A stretch of 64,000 nt of DNA from positions 768,001-832,000 of the forward strand of contig JAXGZN010000001.1 of NCBI GenBank assembly GCA_040776945.1, read 5' to 3'. Positions 50,236-59,276 of this stretch are shown here, piece after piece. The stretch is from Methanomassiliicoccaceae archaeon (GTDB taxonomy: Archaea; Thermoplasmatota; Thermoplasmata; Methanomassiliicoccales; Methanomassiliicoccaceae). The stretch's first letter is position 1, and the number at the start of each line of letters is the position of its first letter. The position numbers and the translations under genes were made by a program. The notes under the pieces are model-generated. The model did not search any database. It worked only from the letters and a program-made list of their open reading frames with translations, and was not told the origin of the DNA.

Positions 50236-51138
50236 TCAGATCAACCTCGTTCCCATGAACCCTATGAGCAGCATGATGAAGGAGTGCTTCAGCCCGGTAG
50301 GGATCTGGCCGTCCGCGAGCACTCCCGCCAATATACCGTCGCCGAAGGCGTGGATAAGCACCGACAAGATGAATATGGTCTGGATCGTGGGGATCGTATC
50401 GACCTTTATGGTCGCCAGGCCAGAGGTGTCCACTCCGGCCCTCTCCGCACCCTCCGCGACCATCTGCCCAGCCTCGGTCATCTTAGGCAGGAAGGTCGAG
50501 TTCAGGATGAAGATGGTGGCTATGAACACCGCGAAGGCAACATAGATGACCACGGTGTAGGTGGACATGGCCAGCTTTCGCTCGGCCTGATTGAGCATGG
50601 ACTCCCTGGCGTCGTGAGCGACCATGGTCAGCACGTCGGAGACCGAGCCCCCGGCGTCATTGGCCTTGATGATGATCGACGTCATCCTCTTGACCAGCGG
50701 GGTGTTAACGCGCTCGGAGAACAGCCTCATGGCCTCCGAGGCCGGCACACCCCAGTCTATCTGGGCGGCCATTCGGTGGATCTCCGGCGTTAGCTTGCCG
50801 TAGCGTCCCCGGGAGGAGACCTTGATCGCCTGCGCCAGGGTCATTCCGAAGCGTCCCGCCTCCGCCACGTCCCGAAGGAACTCCGGCAGGCGGACCTCGA
50901 TGTCGCGGATCTTCTTCATCTGCGCGCTCTTATAGAACCCGTACGGCCCGCTGATGGCCATAAGGCCGAAGAACACGAAGTCGACCCAAATGAACGGCGT
51001 GTCGATGCCTCCGATGGCCTCCAGGAATGCCATGGCGAACAGCAGCGCCGCTATCACCCCGCAGACGATGAGGATGGTCTGGCTGTAGTCGAGCTTTTTC
51101 AGGTCCAGTTGATCCAGGTCAATGATGTCCTCGGCCAT
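50236..51138 (-). CDS. Type IV pilus membrane platform protein (T2SS-F/TadC-like)
   Basis: IEVRLPEFLRDVAEAGRFGMTL, YGKLTPEI, IDWG, AGG; TM helices. Confidence 0.9.
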   Translation of the reverse strand: MAEDIIDLDQLDLKKLDYSQTILIVCGVIAALLFAMAFLEAIGGIDTPFIWVDFVFFGLMAISGPYGFYKSAQMKKIRDIEVRLPEFLRDVAEAGRFGMTLAQAIKVSSRGRYGKLTPEIHRMAAQIDWGVPASEAMRLFSERVNTPLVKRMTSIIIKANDAGGSVSDVLTMVAHDARESMLNQAERKLAMSTYTVVIYVAFAVFIATIFILNSTFLPKMTEAGQMVAEGAERAGVDTSGLATIKVDTIPTIQTIFILSVLIHAFGDGILAGVLADGQIPTGLKHSFIMLLIGFMGTRLI

Positions 51139-51147
51139 GCCATCACC

Positions 51148-52188
51148 TCACATCGACGACTCCTTGGTCATGTTCCAAATAAAGAATATGAATCCGAACT
51201 GGGAGATCGGTATCATCAGCCCCACCACCAGCTCCAACAGTATGATGGTCATGGACGAGTCGTTGCCGCCCCCGGGCACGATGGCCATGATGGCCATGAT
51301 GACCACCAGGAACAGGGGGAACGCCACCACCACGGTGACGAACGTTTCGGCCATAAGCCCCAGGGTCTCCATCTGGGACCGCATCTCCAGCTTGCCCTCC
51401 TTCTCGAACTGCTCGGCCTTCTGCAGGAAGTACGGCTTAAGCTGGCCTCCGGAAGTGGAAGAGGTCACCACGCCCTGCAGGAACTCCTGGAACTTTATGG
51501 ATGGAGTGCGCTGCGCGGCGCGGTTGATCGCCGTAAGGATGTCATATCCCAGGAGCTCGGTGTCCCTGGTGATCCAGGCGGCCTCGTTCTTGATCTCGCC
51601 GTATATGTCCTGCTTGGCCAGCTCCTTGAAGATGACGTCGACGTTTACGTCCGCGGAGGCCATTGCGGAGATGAAGCTCATGGCCGCGCCGATGCGCTTG
51701 TTGATGTCCCGGGCCCGCGTCTTTGCCTTGGAACCGGGAACGGACATGAGGACGACCATGGTCAAGATAGGCGGGATGGCCACCAGCAAGATGAAGAACA
51801 CCAGGACCAGCGCTGGCTCCACATGCAGGAAGGCGATGAGGACCCCTCCGAAGAAGGCGGCGATCCCGGCGCAGGCTATCAGCACCACCATCGCGCTCAT
51901 CCACACATAAGCGACATACTCCTCCGGACGCATCCGCATATGGGCCTGCTGCAGCTGCAGCTCCAGCCTGGGATTGGGCTTGGACTTGAGCTTGACCGCC
52001 TTTCCCATCGCCCGCCAGGCGAACATCTGGAACGGAGTCAGGGATATGTAGTCGGGGAGCGCGCCCTCTTGGAGCTTGATCAGGTGTGGCCCCATCTTCT
52101 CTGTCGGTTCCTGGGTCTTCTTGGTCTTGAGATAGTCCTTCTTCTTCTTGGCATCGAACTGGGTGAACGAATCAGAGATCTCAGGCAT
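51148..52188 (-). CDS. Type IV pilus membrane platform protein (T2SS-F/TadC-like)
   Basis: LQQAHMRMRPEEY, YGEIKNE, ELLGYDIL, RTPSIKFQEFL, SGG, LGLMAETFV. Confidence 0.9.
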   Translation of the reverse strand: MPEISDSFTQFDAKKKKDYLKTKKTQEPTEKMGPHLIKLQEGALPDYISLTPFQMFAWRAMGKAVKLKSKPNPRLELQLQQAHMRMRPEEYVAYVWMSAMVVLIACAGIAAFFGGVLIAFLHVEPALVLVFFILLVAIPPILTMVVLMSVPGSKAKTRARDINKRIGAAMSFISAMASADVNVDVIFKELAKQDIYGEIKNEAAWITRDTELLGYDILTAINRAAQRTPSIKFQEFLQGVVTSSTSGGQLKPYFLQKAEQFEKEGKLEMRSQMETLGLMAETFVTVVVAFPLFLVVIMAIMAIVPGGGNDSSMTIILLELVVGLMIPISQFGFIFFIWNMTKESSM

Positions 52189-53923
52189 GGCCGGCAGCCT
52201 CCTGGAGCTCGCGGCGGACCCGCTTGATGGTCTTCTCCGGGTCCTTGTAGTACTGGTTTATCAGCTCCCAGATCCTGCGATGGTCGGAGAACTGCCGGTA
52301 TACCATGTACTTGATGAGGTCGACCCGGCGGTCGAACTCGTTCATCATCTCCTCATGGGTGAGGTTCTTCATCTCCATGATCTTGTCGAACAGGAAACTG
52401 TGGCCCTTGAAGATGAAGCGGTCCGTGGCCTGGTCCCACTCGTACACAGTGTTGGATATTAGCTCGTTGGTGTCAGGCTCGAAGCCGACGATCTCGATGA
52501 CCTGCTTCATCCGCCGGCAGAGGTCCTGCCCCACCCTGACCTGTGATTGGATTATGACGTTCCTAAGCGCCGTGAGCAGAATCCGCGGGCAGTTGATGGG
52601 CTGGTTCTCCAGCCTGTTGACCATCGACTGCACGGAATCGGCGTGCATCGTCGAGAACGTGGTATGGCCAGTGGCCATGGCTTGGAACATGGTGTACGTC
52701 TCCTTCCCTCGGACCTCTCCGACGATGATGTAGTTCGGCCTCTGACGCAGCGAGGCGCGCATAAGGTCGTACATGTCGATCTCCCCAGGGGCCTTGCCGT
52801 CAGGGCCGCGCTCCCCGACCCCCGATCGGGTGGTGCCGGGAATCCAGTTCATGTGCGGCAAGTTGATCTCCCTGGTATCCTCCATGGTGACGATCTTCGC
52901 CCCGGGAGGTATGAACAGCGCGATGGAGTTCAGTGTCGACGTCTTTCCCGACGCAGTGCCTCCGCAGATGATCATCGACTCGCCGTTCTCCACACCCAGC
53001 CAGAAGTAGGCGACCATTTCTGGACTGGCCGTCTTTGTCCTCACCAGGTCCACGGGTGTCCAGGGAGTGTCCTTGAACCGCCTTATGGTGAAGGTCGAAC
53101 CCCGGGTGGTGACCTCGCGGGCATAGGTCGCCTGTATGCGGTGCCCCTCAGGGGATGTGCCGTCCAGGATGGGTGAGGACACCGAGATCTGCTTCCCCGA
53201 CCTCTGCCCCAGGGCGACCACGTAGGAGTTCAAGGCGTCCTCGTCGTCGAACACCAATCCGGTCTTGATGCTGCCGTACTTGCGGTGGTAGACGAAGAGA
53301 GGCACGCCGACCCCGTCGCAGGAGATGTCCTCGATCTGATTGTCCCGCATCAGGATGTCCATCTTGCCGTAGCCGACGAAGTCCCTGAGTATGTAGTAAT
53401 CGAGCTTCTTCTTCAGAAGGGGGCTGACCTTGACCCCTCGGCTCTTGATGAAGGAGTCCACGCTCTCCACCAGGTACTCCTTCTTGTCCAGCACGGTGAG
53501 CTTGTCCCATTCATAGCCCAGCGTACGCCCCAGAGTGTCCTTGATCAGCAGGAGGAGCTTCTCGTCCTCCGGCGATAGGCTGGGCTCTAGCGCTTCCAGG
53601 AAGTACTCGCTGGTATCGTTGTCATAGGTGATGCGGGTGTAGCTGTACGGTTCCAATATGGGGTAGACCTCGGTGGTCTCCACCGCGGGGTTATCGATCT
53701 TGGGTATCTCAGTGATCACCGAGCCACGGCCCTTGGACCACTCGATCCGCTGCTCCACCTCGGCGGTGGACATCCTGACCCGCGATGCCCGCCTGGGCAC
53801 CATCTTGCGCAGGAACTTCAGGTATCCGTCCCGCATCCTGTCCTTGGCGCTGTCCCTGGGCGAGTCGAACTCGGCAGGCATCAGGCACTCGGCGTTGGTC
53901 TCCTTAGGTTCTGCCTCTTGCAT
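52181..53923 (-). CDS. Type IV pilus assembly ATPase, copy 1
   Basis: IEDISCDG, GSTFTIRRF, GGTASGKTS, TMEDTREI, SLRQRPNYIIVGEVRG, AMATGH, TMHA. Confidence 0.93.
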   Translation of the reverse strand: MQEAEPKETNAECLMPAEFDSPRDSAKDRMRDGYLKFLRKMVPRRASRVRMSTAEVEQRIEWSKGRGSVITEIPKIDNPAVETTEVYPILEPYSYTRITYDNDTSEYFLEALEPSLSPEDEKLLLLIKDTLGRTLGYEWDKLTVLDKKEYLVESVDSFIKSRGVKVSPLLKKKLDYYILRDFVGYGKMDILMRDNQIEDISCDGVGVPLFVYHRKYGSIKTGLVFDDEDALNSYVVALGQRSGKQISVSSPILDGTSPEGHRIQATYAREVTTRGSTFTIRRFKDTPWTPVDLVRTKTASPEMVAYFWLGVENGESMIICGGTASGKTSTLNSIALFIPPGAKIVTMEDTREINLPHMNWIPGTTRSGVGERGPDGKAPGEIDMYDLMRASLRQRPNYIIVGEVRGKETYTMFQAMATGHTTFSTMHADSVQSMVNRLENQPINCPRILLTALRNVIIQSQVRVGQDLCRRMKQVIEIVGFEPDTNELISNTVYEWDQATDRFIFKGHSFLFDKIMEMKNLTHEEMMNEFDRRVDLIKYMVYRQFSDHRRIWELINQYYKDPEKTIKRVRRELQEAAGHA

Positions 53924-53932
53924 CGTCCCACC

Positions 53933-54895
53933 TCAGGACGTCAGCATGGTCATGCTGACGTAGGCGCGGTTATAGTACAGTTCATTGCAGTTCTTCAGAG
54001 TGAGCGTGAGCGTGGTCAGCCCGTTGGTGGAGCCGGCCACGGGGAGGGGCGAGGTCAGCACATAGTCGGTGTCGTTGACCAGCCCATTGGTTCGGCATAG
54101 CTGGGAGAGGTAACCGTACCAGGCATTACCATAGGTCGTGTTGAACCTCAGGCAGAAGGTCCCGTTCTCGGCCCCTATGGAATACTTCTGCGAGTCGATG
54201 TATATCAGGTCCAGGCTGAACCCGACGGTGTCCGAGCCGGTCAGCGACTGAGCGTTGCCGATAAGGTCGACCTGGGTGAACGCGACGTTAAGGGTATGAT
54301 TGTCCTTGCTGATGTCCAGGTTGGGGTAGGCGCGGATGGACTGACCGTCCTCCTGCCCCAGGATGATGGCTCCGTTCTCATAGGCCAGCCACTGTTGGAC
54401 GTAGTAACGGTTAGGGGCGTAAAGCTCCACCTTGCCGCCACCGTCGACGTCCACCGGCACAACGAACGTCTGCCCGCCGGGGCCGGAACCGGTGTAGTTG
54501 AACCGTACGTTGAGGCTGGACGATCCCATGCCTTGCGGATTATATGTGAGCAGGCCTGCGGTCGGCGAGGCGAATATGGGGACGCCCGAGGCCCCCATGG
54601 TCATGGGAGCGTACATCTTGATGGAGGAATCCCCTGTGACCAACTGCTGGGAGATCATGCTGTCCACCTTTCCCTTCAGCTGGCCGAACTGGTCGATGGA
54701 CACGTTCATGTGCGACCGCTCGTTATCAAGCATCCAGGCCGGCACGTAGGAGTTGACGATGAGGGCCATGAACGCGAGGAAGACGAGCAAAGCCATGATC
54801 GTTCCGATGGTGGAGGCCACGCCCTGGCGGTCCCTCCTGAGAAGGGCTGCCCTGCTCGACCTCTTCAGAGCCCTGCTACGCACTGGTACCGCCAT
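53933..54895 (-). CDS. Large minor pilin-like protein with a class III signal peptide
   Basis: RRDRQG|VASTIGTIMALLVFLAFMALIV...VPAW...ERSH; NRYY...AYENGAIILGQ; NAWYGYL. Confidence 0.8.
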   Translation of the reverse strand: MAVPVRSRALKRSSRAALLRRDRQGVASTIGTIMALLVFLAFMALIVNSYVPAWMLDNERSHMNVSIDQFGQLKGKVDSMISQQLVTGDSSIKMYAPMTMGASGVPIFASPTAGLLTYNPQGMGSSSLNVRFNYTGSGPGGQTFVVPVDVDGGGKVELYAPNRYYVQQWLAYENGAIILGQEDGQSIRAYPNLDISKDNHTLNVAFTQVDLIGNAQSLTGSDTVGFSLDLIYIDSQKYSIGAENGTFCLRFNTTYGNAWYGYLSQLCRTNGLVNDTDYVLTSPLPVAGSTNGLTTLTLTLKNCNELYYNRAYVSMTMLTS

Positions 54896-55022
54896 AAGTA
54901 TGATGCACCTCGATTCGTCGAATCAAGCATCGGGTACATCTTAAAGCCTTCGAGCTGGCTTGCAATTATAAACATTAATAATTATCTGAAGATGGTATGG
55001 CTAGATGTTATTGCCGGCGACT

Positions 55023-55038
55023 GAGAAACATTATTATA
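55023..55038 (+). promoter_or_regulatory. BRE/TATA promoter of tRNA-Phe
   Basis: gagaaaca-ttattata ending about 25 nt upstream of the tRNA 5' end. Confidence 0.55.
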
Positions 55039-55063
55039 GCCGGGCCGATTACTCTCTGGCGAA

Positions 55064-55136
55064 GCCGCAGTAACTCAGCTGGGAGAGTGCAAGACTGAAG
55101 ATCTTGAAGTCGCTGGTTCAAGTCCGGCCTGCGGCA
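55064..55136 (+). tRNA. tRNA-Phe(GAA), CCA not encoded
   Basis: GCCGCAG/CTGCGGC acceptor, ACTC/GAGT D stem, CAAGA-CTGAAGA-TCTTG anticodon arm, GCTGG-TTCAAGT-CCGGC T arm. Confidence 0.96.
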
Positions 55137-55223
55137 CTCCGATTCTTAACCAAGACGTTCTGACCGCTCATTGCATGGACAAGTTCTATTAGCGGGACAG
55201 GACATAGCTCGCGGGGCGAAGAC

Positions 55224-55655
55224 ATGAATCTATCGGGTTTCGAGATCAACACCATCGAGGCCAAGCGGTTCTCCAAGACCGGGGAGCACATGGCGAACAT
55301 CCGCATCGATCACAACAGCACTGTTACCCAGATCGGCCGCGCTTCCGAACGTACCGCATCCGTGGAGTTCCGTTTCACCGTCAACTACGTGGGCATGGGC
55401 TTCGTAAAGATCGAGGGCACCGTCCTTCTCGAGGGCCAGGTCGACACGCTGGTCAAGGAATGGGCCGCCACCTCTTCAATGCCCAACGAGGACGCCAACA
55501 TCGTTCACAACGTGGTGGTGTCCAACTGCATCCCCGTCGCCCTGCTCATCGCCCGGGACATCCGCCTGCCGCCGCCGTTCCCTCTCCCCCGCATCAACGT
55601 GGAGAAGAAGGCCGCGCCGGCGCCCCGGTCCGCCCCGGGCCCTGAGTTCGCTTGA
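55224..55655 (+). CDS. Conserved archaeal hypothetical protein, possibly SecB-like fold
   Basis: Host codon usage; four alternating beta strands (VEFRFTVNY, FVKIEGTVLL), then helices and IRLPPPFPLPRI. Confidence 0.65.
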   Translation: MNLSGFEINTIEAKRFSKTGEHMANIRIDHNSTVTQIGRASERTASVEFRFTVNYVGMGFVKIEGTVLLEGQVDTLVKEWAATSSMPNEDANIVHNVVVSNCIPVALLIARDIRLPPPFPLPRINVEKKAAPAPRSAPGPEFA

Positions 55656-55722
55656 GAAGGCTCCAGCGCAAAGGGCCACGCGCGCCAGTGCCGGGCCCTG
55701 GCTTTTTTTCAATTGCCTACCG

Positions 55723-57555
55723 TCACTTGATGTGGTCCAGGGCGAACGAGCCAATGCTCAGCCCGTGCCGGGTGGCGTTGTAGCGGATGTACGATCGGGA
55801 CTGCACGTCGGTGATCCCCCTCACCATGAAGAAGGTCCGGAGCTGGTCTATCTTGAAATCGATCATGCCGTCCATGATGGAGCCGAGCATCTGGATCTCC
55901 TGCTCCCCATGCATGCCCTTCTCGATGGTGTAGAACGAGACGGCCCGATCGCGCTTGCGCCGGCCGCAGAACGGGGTTAGGAAGCGGAAGATCTGCGTGG
56001 GGTCGGAGTACGCGATCAGCGTGGAAAGGGTACGGAACGCCAGTCGGTAGTACTCATGCTTCTCCCTGAACGCCTTGGACGCCTCCTCCACCGCGTCCAT
56101 GATCTGGTCATGGGCGGTGGGCTCCTCGATATAGGTGGTATACTTGTCCATGGTGGTGTCGCCCATCCCTCGGGAGTATGAGTCGACGTACCGGACCAGG
56201 CCCAAAGCCTCATAGTCCTCGTACGAAGGCAGCACCAGCTTCATCTCCTCGCGGAGGTCCGCAGGGGTCTTGTCCGTCGTGACCCAGATAGCGGGTATGC
56301 CCTTCTTCAGCCCCTCGGCGATGAACTGGTCAACCATCGTCTCCTTGCCTACGAACGGCGGACCGTGAACCAGGACGTTGGATCCGAATGGCACGCCGCC
56401 CAGCAGCAGGTCGTCAAGGCGGGGATTGCCGGTCTTGGCCTTTGCCGCCTCGGCCTCCAGGGCGATCTCCTGTTCCTTATGCTTCAGCTCCTCCTCGATC
56501 GCTCCCATCTCCCGCCGGCGGAGGTCGGCCTCCTTGCTGCGAATGTACTCCTCCTTGGCCTTGAGGTCCCGCTCCTTCTTTTCCACCTCGCCTCGGAGCT
56601 CCTCAAGGCGTTTCTTAAGCTCCGCCTCCTCCAGACCTCCGGTGGAGCGCTTGGCCTCTTCCAGCCGCCGCCTCTCCTCGGTCGTCTTCCTCTCCCTGAA
56701 GAGGAGGTCCTCCTCTCGGCGGGACAGTTCTTGCTCCTTGTAACCGATGATCTCCTTAAGGCCCTTCAGCTCGTCCTCCCTCTCGGTCAGGAGGTCCTTC
56801 ATGCGGCCAACGGTCTCCTGCAGCTCCAGGATGCGCTTCTCCTTCTCCTGGAATCCCTTGATCTTCTCGTCGATGGCCTTGTTGGCCTCGGGCTTGGACA
56901 TCCTGGCCAGCTGCAGCTCGTCATCTCGGAGCTTGATCTCTATCTCCCGCGTCCTAAGTTCGGCCTCCAGCTGCTGCACGCGCCCCTTCAGCTCCTCCTC
57001 GCGGCTCCTGGCCTCGGCCTCCTTCTCGCTCAGCTCTGCCCGGTACCTCTCCATGATGATGGCGCTCTCGGCCCCGTTCATCCCCAGGGCCCGCTCCCGC
57101 ATCTCCAGGTCGTTCTCCTTGTCCCTCAAGGCCGCCTCGCGGTCCTTGAGCGATTCCGGCGCTGAGGCCACCGCGCGGTCTCGAAGCTCCGAGTTCACCT
57201 TGGTGAGGCGGGCCACCTCCGCGCTCAGGCGGGCCACCTCCGCGCTCGTACCCGCAGCGTCCCCGCCGCCGGCCGAGGCAAGCTTGCGGAGCTGGGCGAT
57301 CTCCGCCTCGTAATTCGCTATCCGCTCCTTGAGCTCGGGGTCGAGGTCCAGGACGTCAGGGGTATCGCTGTAGAACGTGGTCTGCCGTTCAGGGTCCTCC
57401 TCCAGCCAGGCCATAAGGGTGGACTCACCGGCCATCCAGCGCCGTAGCTCCTCGGCCTGGTCGGCGCTGCCGTCCTCTGGTCCTGAGGGCATTGCCCGAG
57501 AACCTTCCTCGCTCTTCTGAGGTACCCCTTCTTTGGCCTTTTTTCTGCGAGCCAA
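55723..57555 (-). CDS. Coiled-coil protein with a C-terminal degenerate KaiC-family ATPase domain
   Basis: About 300 aa heptad region, then KTGNPRLDDLLLGGVPFGSNVLVHGPPFVGKE, YVDSY, IMDGMIDF. Confidence 0.85.
   Translation of the reverse strand: MARRKKAKEGVPQKSEEGSRAMPSGPEDGSADQAEELRRWMAGESTLMAWLEEDPERQTTFYSDTPDVLDLDPELKERIANYEAEIAQLRKLASAGGGDAAGTSAEVARLSAEVARLTKVNSELRDRAVASAPESLKDREAALRDKENDLEMRERALGMNGAESAIIMERYRAELSEKEAEARSREEELKGRVQQLEAELRTREIEIKLRDDELQLARMSKPEANKAIDEKIKGFQEKEKRILELQETVGRMKDLLTEREDELKGLKEIIGYKEQELSRREEDLLFRERKTTEERRRLEEAKRSTGGLEEAELKKRLEELRGEVEKKERDLKAKEEYIRSKEADLRRREMGAIEEELKHKEQEIALEAEAAKAKTGNPRLDDLLLGGVPFGSNVLVHGPPFVGKETMVDQFIAEGLKKGIPAIWVTTDKTPADLREEMKLVLPSYEDYEALGLVRYVDSYSRGMGDTTMDKYTTYIEEPTAHDQIMDAVEEASKAFREKHEYYRLAFRTLSTLIAYSDPTQIFRFLTPFCGRRKRDRAVSFYTIEKGMHGEQEIQMLGSIMDGMIDFKIDQLRTFFMVRGITDVQSRSYIRYNATRHGLSIGSFALDHIK
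57206..57247 (-). repeat. Perfect 21-bp duplication adding one coiled-coil heptad (SAEVARL x2)
   Basis: aggcgggccacctccgcgctc at 57206-57226 and 57227-57247. Confidence 0.9.
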
Positions 57556-57783
57556 ATTCTACACCATTTATAATAATTAGCCTTGGGACCGCCCATGGAC
57601 TTATTAACGATTTCGCCCTGTATGCTGTTGGGCGAAAACGTCCCGAAGGCATTTTTATTCAATTGGACCATATGGGACTGGAAAGGGAGCCAGTAAGCTT
57701 CACGATACGATTGCCAAAGACAAAGAGATATATACCGACATGATCATTCAATTTGGAGAGCCATTACGGCCAGGTGCCCTTAT

Positions 57784-57954
57784 ATGGAGAAGCAGATACA
57801 TGTCAAGATCGACAAGAAGAGCGACTTGACGCTTCGTGAGGTGCTTCGCAAGATCGAGGAGATCCAGGCCGAGCACCCGGAGTTGGACGTTTTCTTCGAC
57901 GGGGATATCTATGCGATATGCAGCCGGCCCCGGAAGCAGTCCGAGCAGCAATGA
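57784..57954 (+). CDS. Small 56-aa protein (absent from the ORF track)
   Basis: MEKQIHVKIDKKSDLTLREVLRKIEEIQAEHPELDVFFDGDIYAICSRPRKQSEQQ; AGGTG upstream, TATA-like gatatata at about 57727, pyrimidine tract after the stop. Confidence 0.7.
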   Translation: MEKQIHVKIDKKSDLTLREVLRKIEEIQAEHPELDVFFDGDIYAICSRPRKQSEQQ

Positions 57955-58148
57955 TCCTCCCTGCATCTTTCTCTCATCTTCTTTGATGACCTCGCTATAT
58001 CGTGCATTTCAGGCCCGGCTAGGGAACAAGAAGGCTAAACTTAATATCGCCGACCTCATCACAGCAACCACGGCGGGGGTTTCGTCGACCTCGATCGGGC
58101 CGCTGGACGGCCGATCGACGTTCCCGTCGAAATAGCGAGTGAACATCC

Positions 58149-59171
58149 ATGAAAAAGAAGGACCTCTTGAAGAGAGCCGTCAAGCAGGTGGACGCGACCA
58201 AGTTCGATTCCACGCCGATCATCGACAGCATGCGCGAGATGTCGTTCACATCACGTGATGCCGCCCGGGCGGCCGACATCTTCAAGCTGATGCTGGAGGA
58301 CAAGGACTGCACCACCATGCTCACCCTTGCAGGCAGCACCAGCGCCGGCGGGTGTATGAACGTCTACGCGGACATGATCAAGTACAACATGATCGACGTG
58401 GTGGTGGCCACCGGGGCCTCCATAGTGGACATGGACTTCTTCGAGGCCCTTGGCTACAAGCACTACCAGGGCACGCCGTTCGTGGACGACCACATGCTGA
58501 GGGAGAACTACGTCGACCGCATTTATGACACCTACATAGACGAGGAGCAGCTGCAGAAGTGCGATGCCACGGTGAAGGCCATCGCCGACGGCCTGGAGCC
58601 CCGCCCCTATTCATCGAGGGAGTTCATCCGTGAGATGGGCAAATGGCTCACCAAGAACGCAAAGAAGAAGAACTCGCTGGTGGAGCTCGCGTACAAGCAC
58701 AATGTGCCTGTGTTCTGCCCCGCCTTCTCCGACTCCAGCGCTGGATTCGGGCTGGTAATGCACCAGCATGAGAACCCTAAGGAGCACGTCTCCATTGACT
58801 CGGTGAAGGACTTCTACGAGCTCACCAAGATCAAGATGAAGGCGAAGACCTCCGGTCTGTTCATGATCGGCGGCGGAGTGCCCAAGAACTTCGCGCAGGA
58901 CACCGTGGTATGCGCTGAGTGCCTGGGAGTGGAGGTTCCCATGCACCAGTACGCCGTCCAGATAACCGTTGCCGATGTCCGCGATGGCGCCTGCTCCTCC
59001 TCGACCCTTAAAGAGGCCTCCTCCTGGGGAAAGGTGCAGACCACCTACGAACAGATGGTTTATGCTGAAGCGACCACCATTGTCCCGCTGATCTTCAGCT
59101 ACGTGTACCACAACATGGACCTTAAGGCCCGGAAGCGGTTCGCCTGGACCAAGATGCTGGATAAAGAGTAG
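58149..59171 (+). CDS. Deoxyhypusine synthase-like protein, bacterial (SpeY-like) type
   Basis: MSFTSRD, LAGSTSAGG, ATGASIVDMDFFEALG, DRIYDTYI, CPAFSDSSAG, GGGVPKNF, DGACSSSTLKEASSWGKV, EAT. Confidence 0.9.
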   Translation: MKKKDLLKRAVKQVDATKFDSTPIIDSMREMSFTSRDAARAADIFKLMLEDKDCTTMLTLAGSTSAGGCMNVYADMIKYNMIDVVVATGASIVDMDFFEALGYKHYQGTPFVDDHMLRENYVDRIYDTYIDEEQLQKCDATVKAIADGLEPRPYSSREFIREMGKWLTKNAKKKNSLVELAYKHNVPVFCPAFSDSSAGFGLVMHQHENPKEHVSIDSVKDFYELTKIKMKAKTSGLFMIGGGVPKNFAQDTVVCAECLGVEVPMHQYAVQITVADVRDGACSSSTLKEASSWGKVQTTYEQMVYAEATTIVPLIFSYVYHNMDLKARKRFAWTKMLDKE

Positions 59172-59276
59172 GCTCTCAACGGCCTGAGGGCCCCTCTCTT
59201 TCTATCCAATATCGAAAATGATGGCATGGCCAAGGTTTAAGCATGGCACGGGCCTCCGGTGCCATTACGGTGAACT

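Noticed and set aside
48552-54895. Archaellum operon
   Set aside because: No archaellins or arlC-H genes in the cluster; split TadC pair and minor pilin indicate a type IV pilus.
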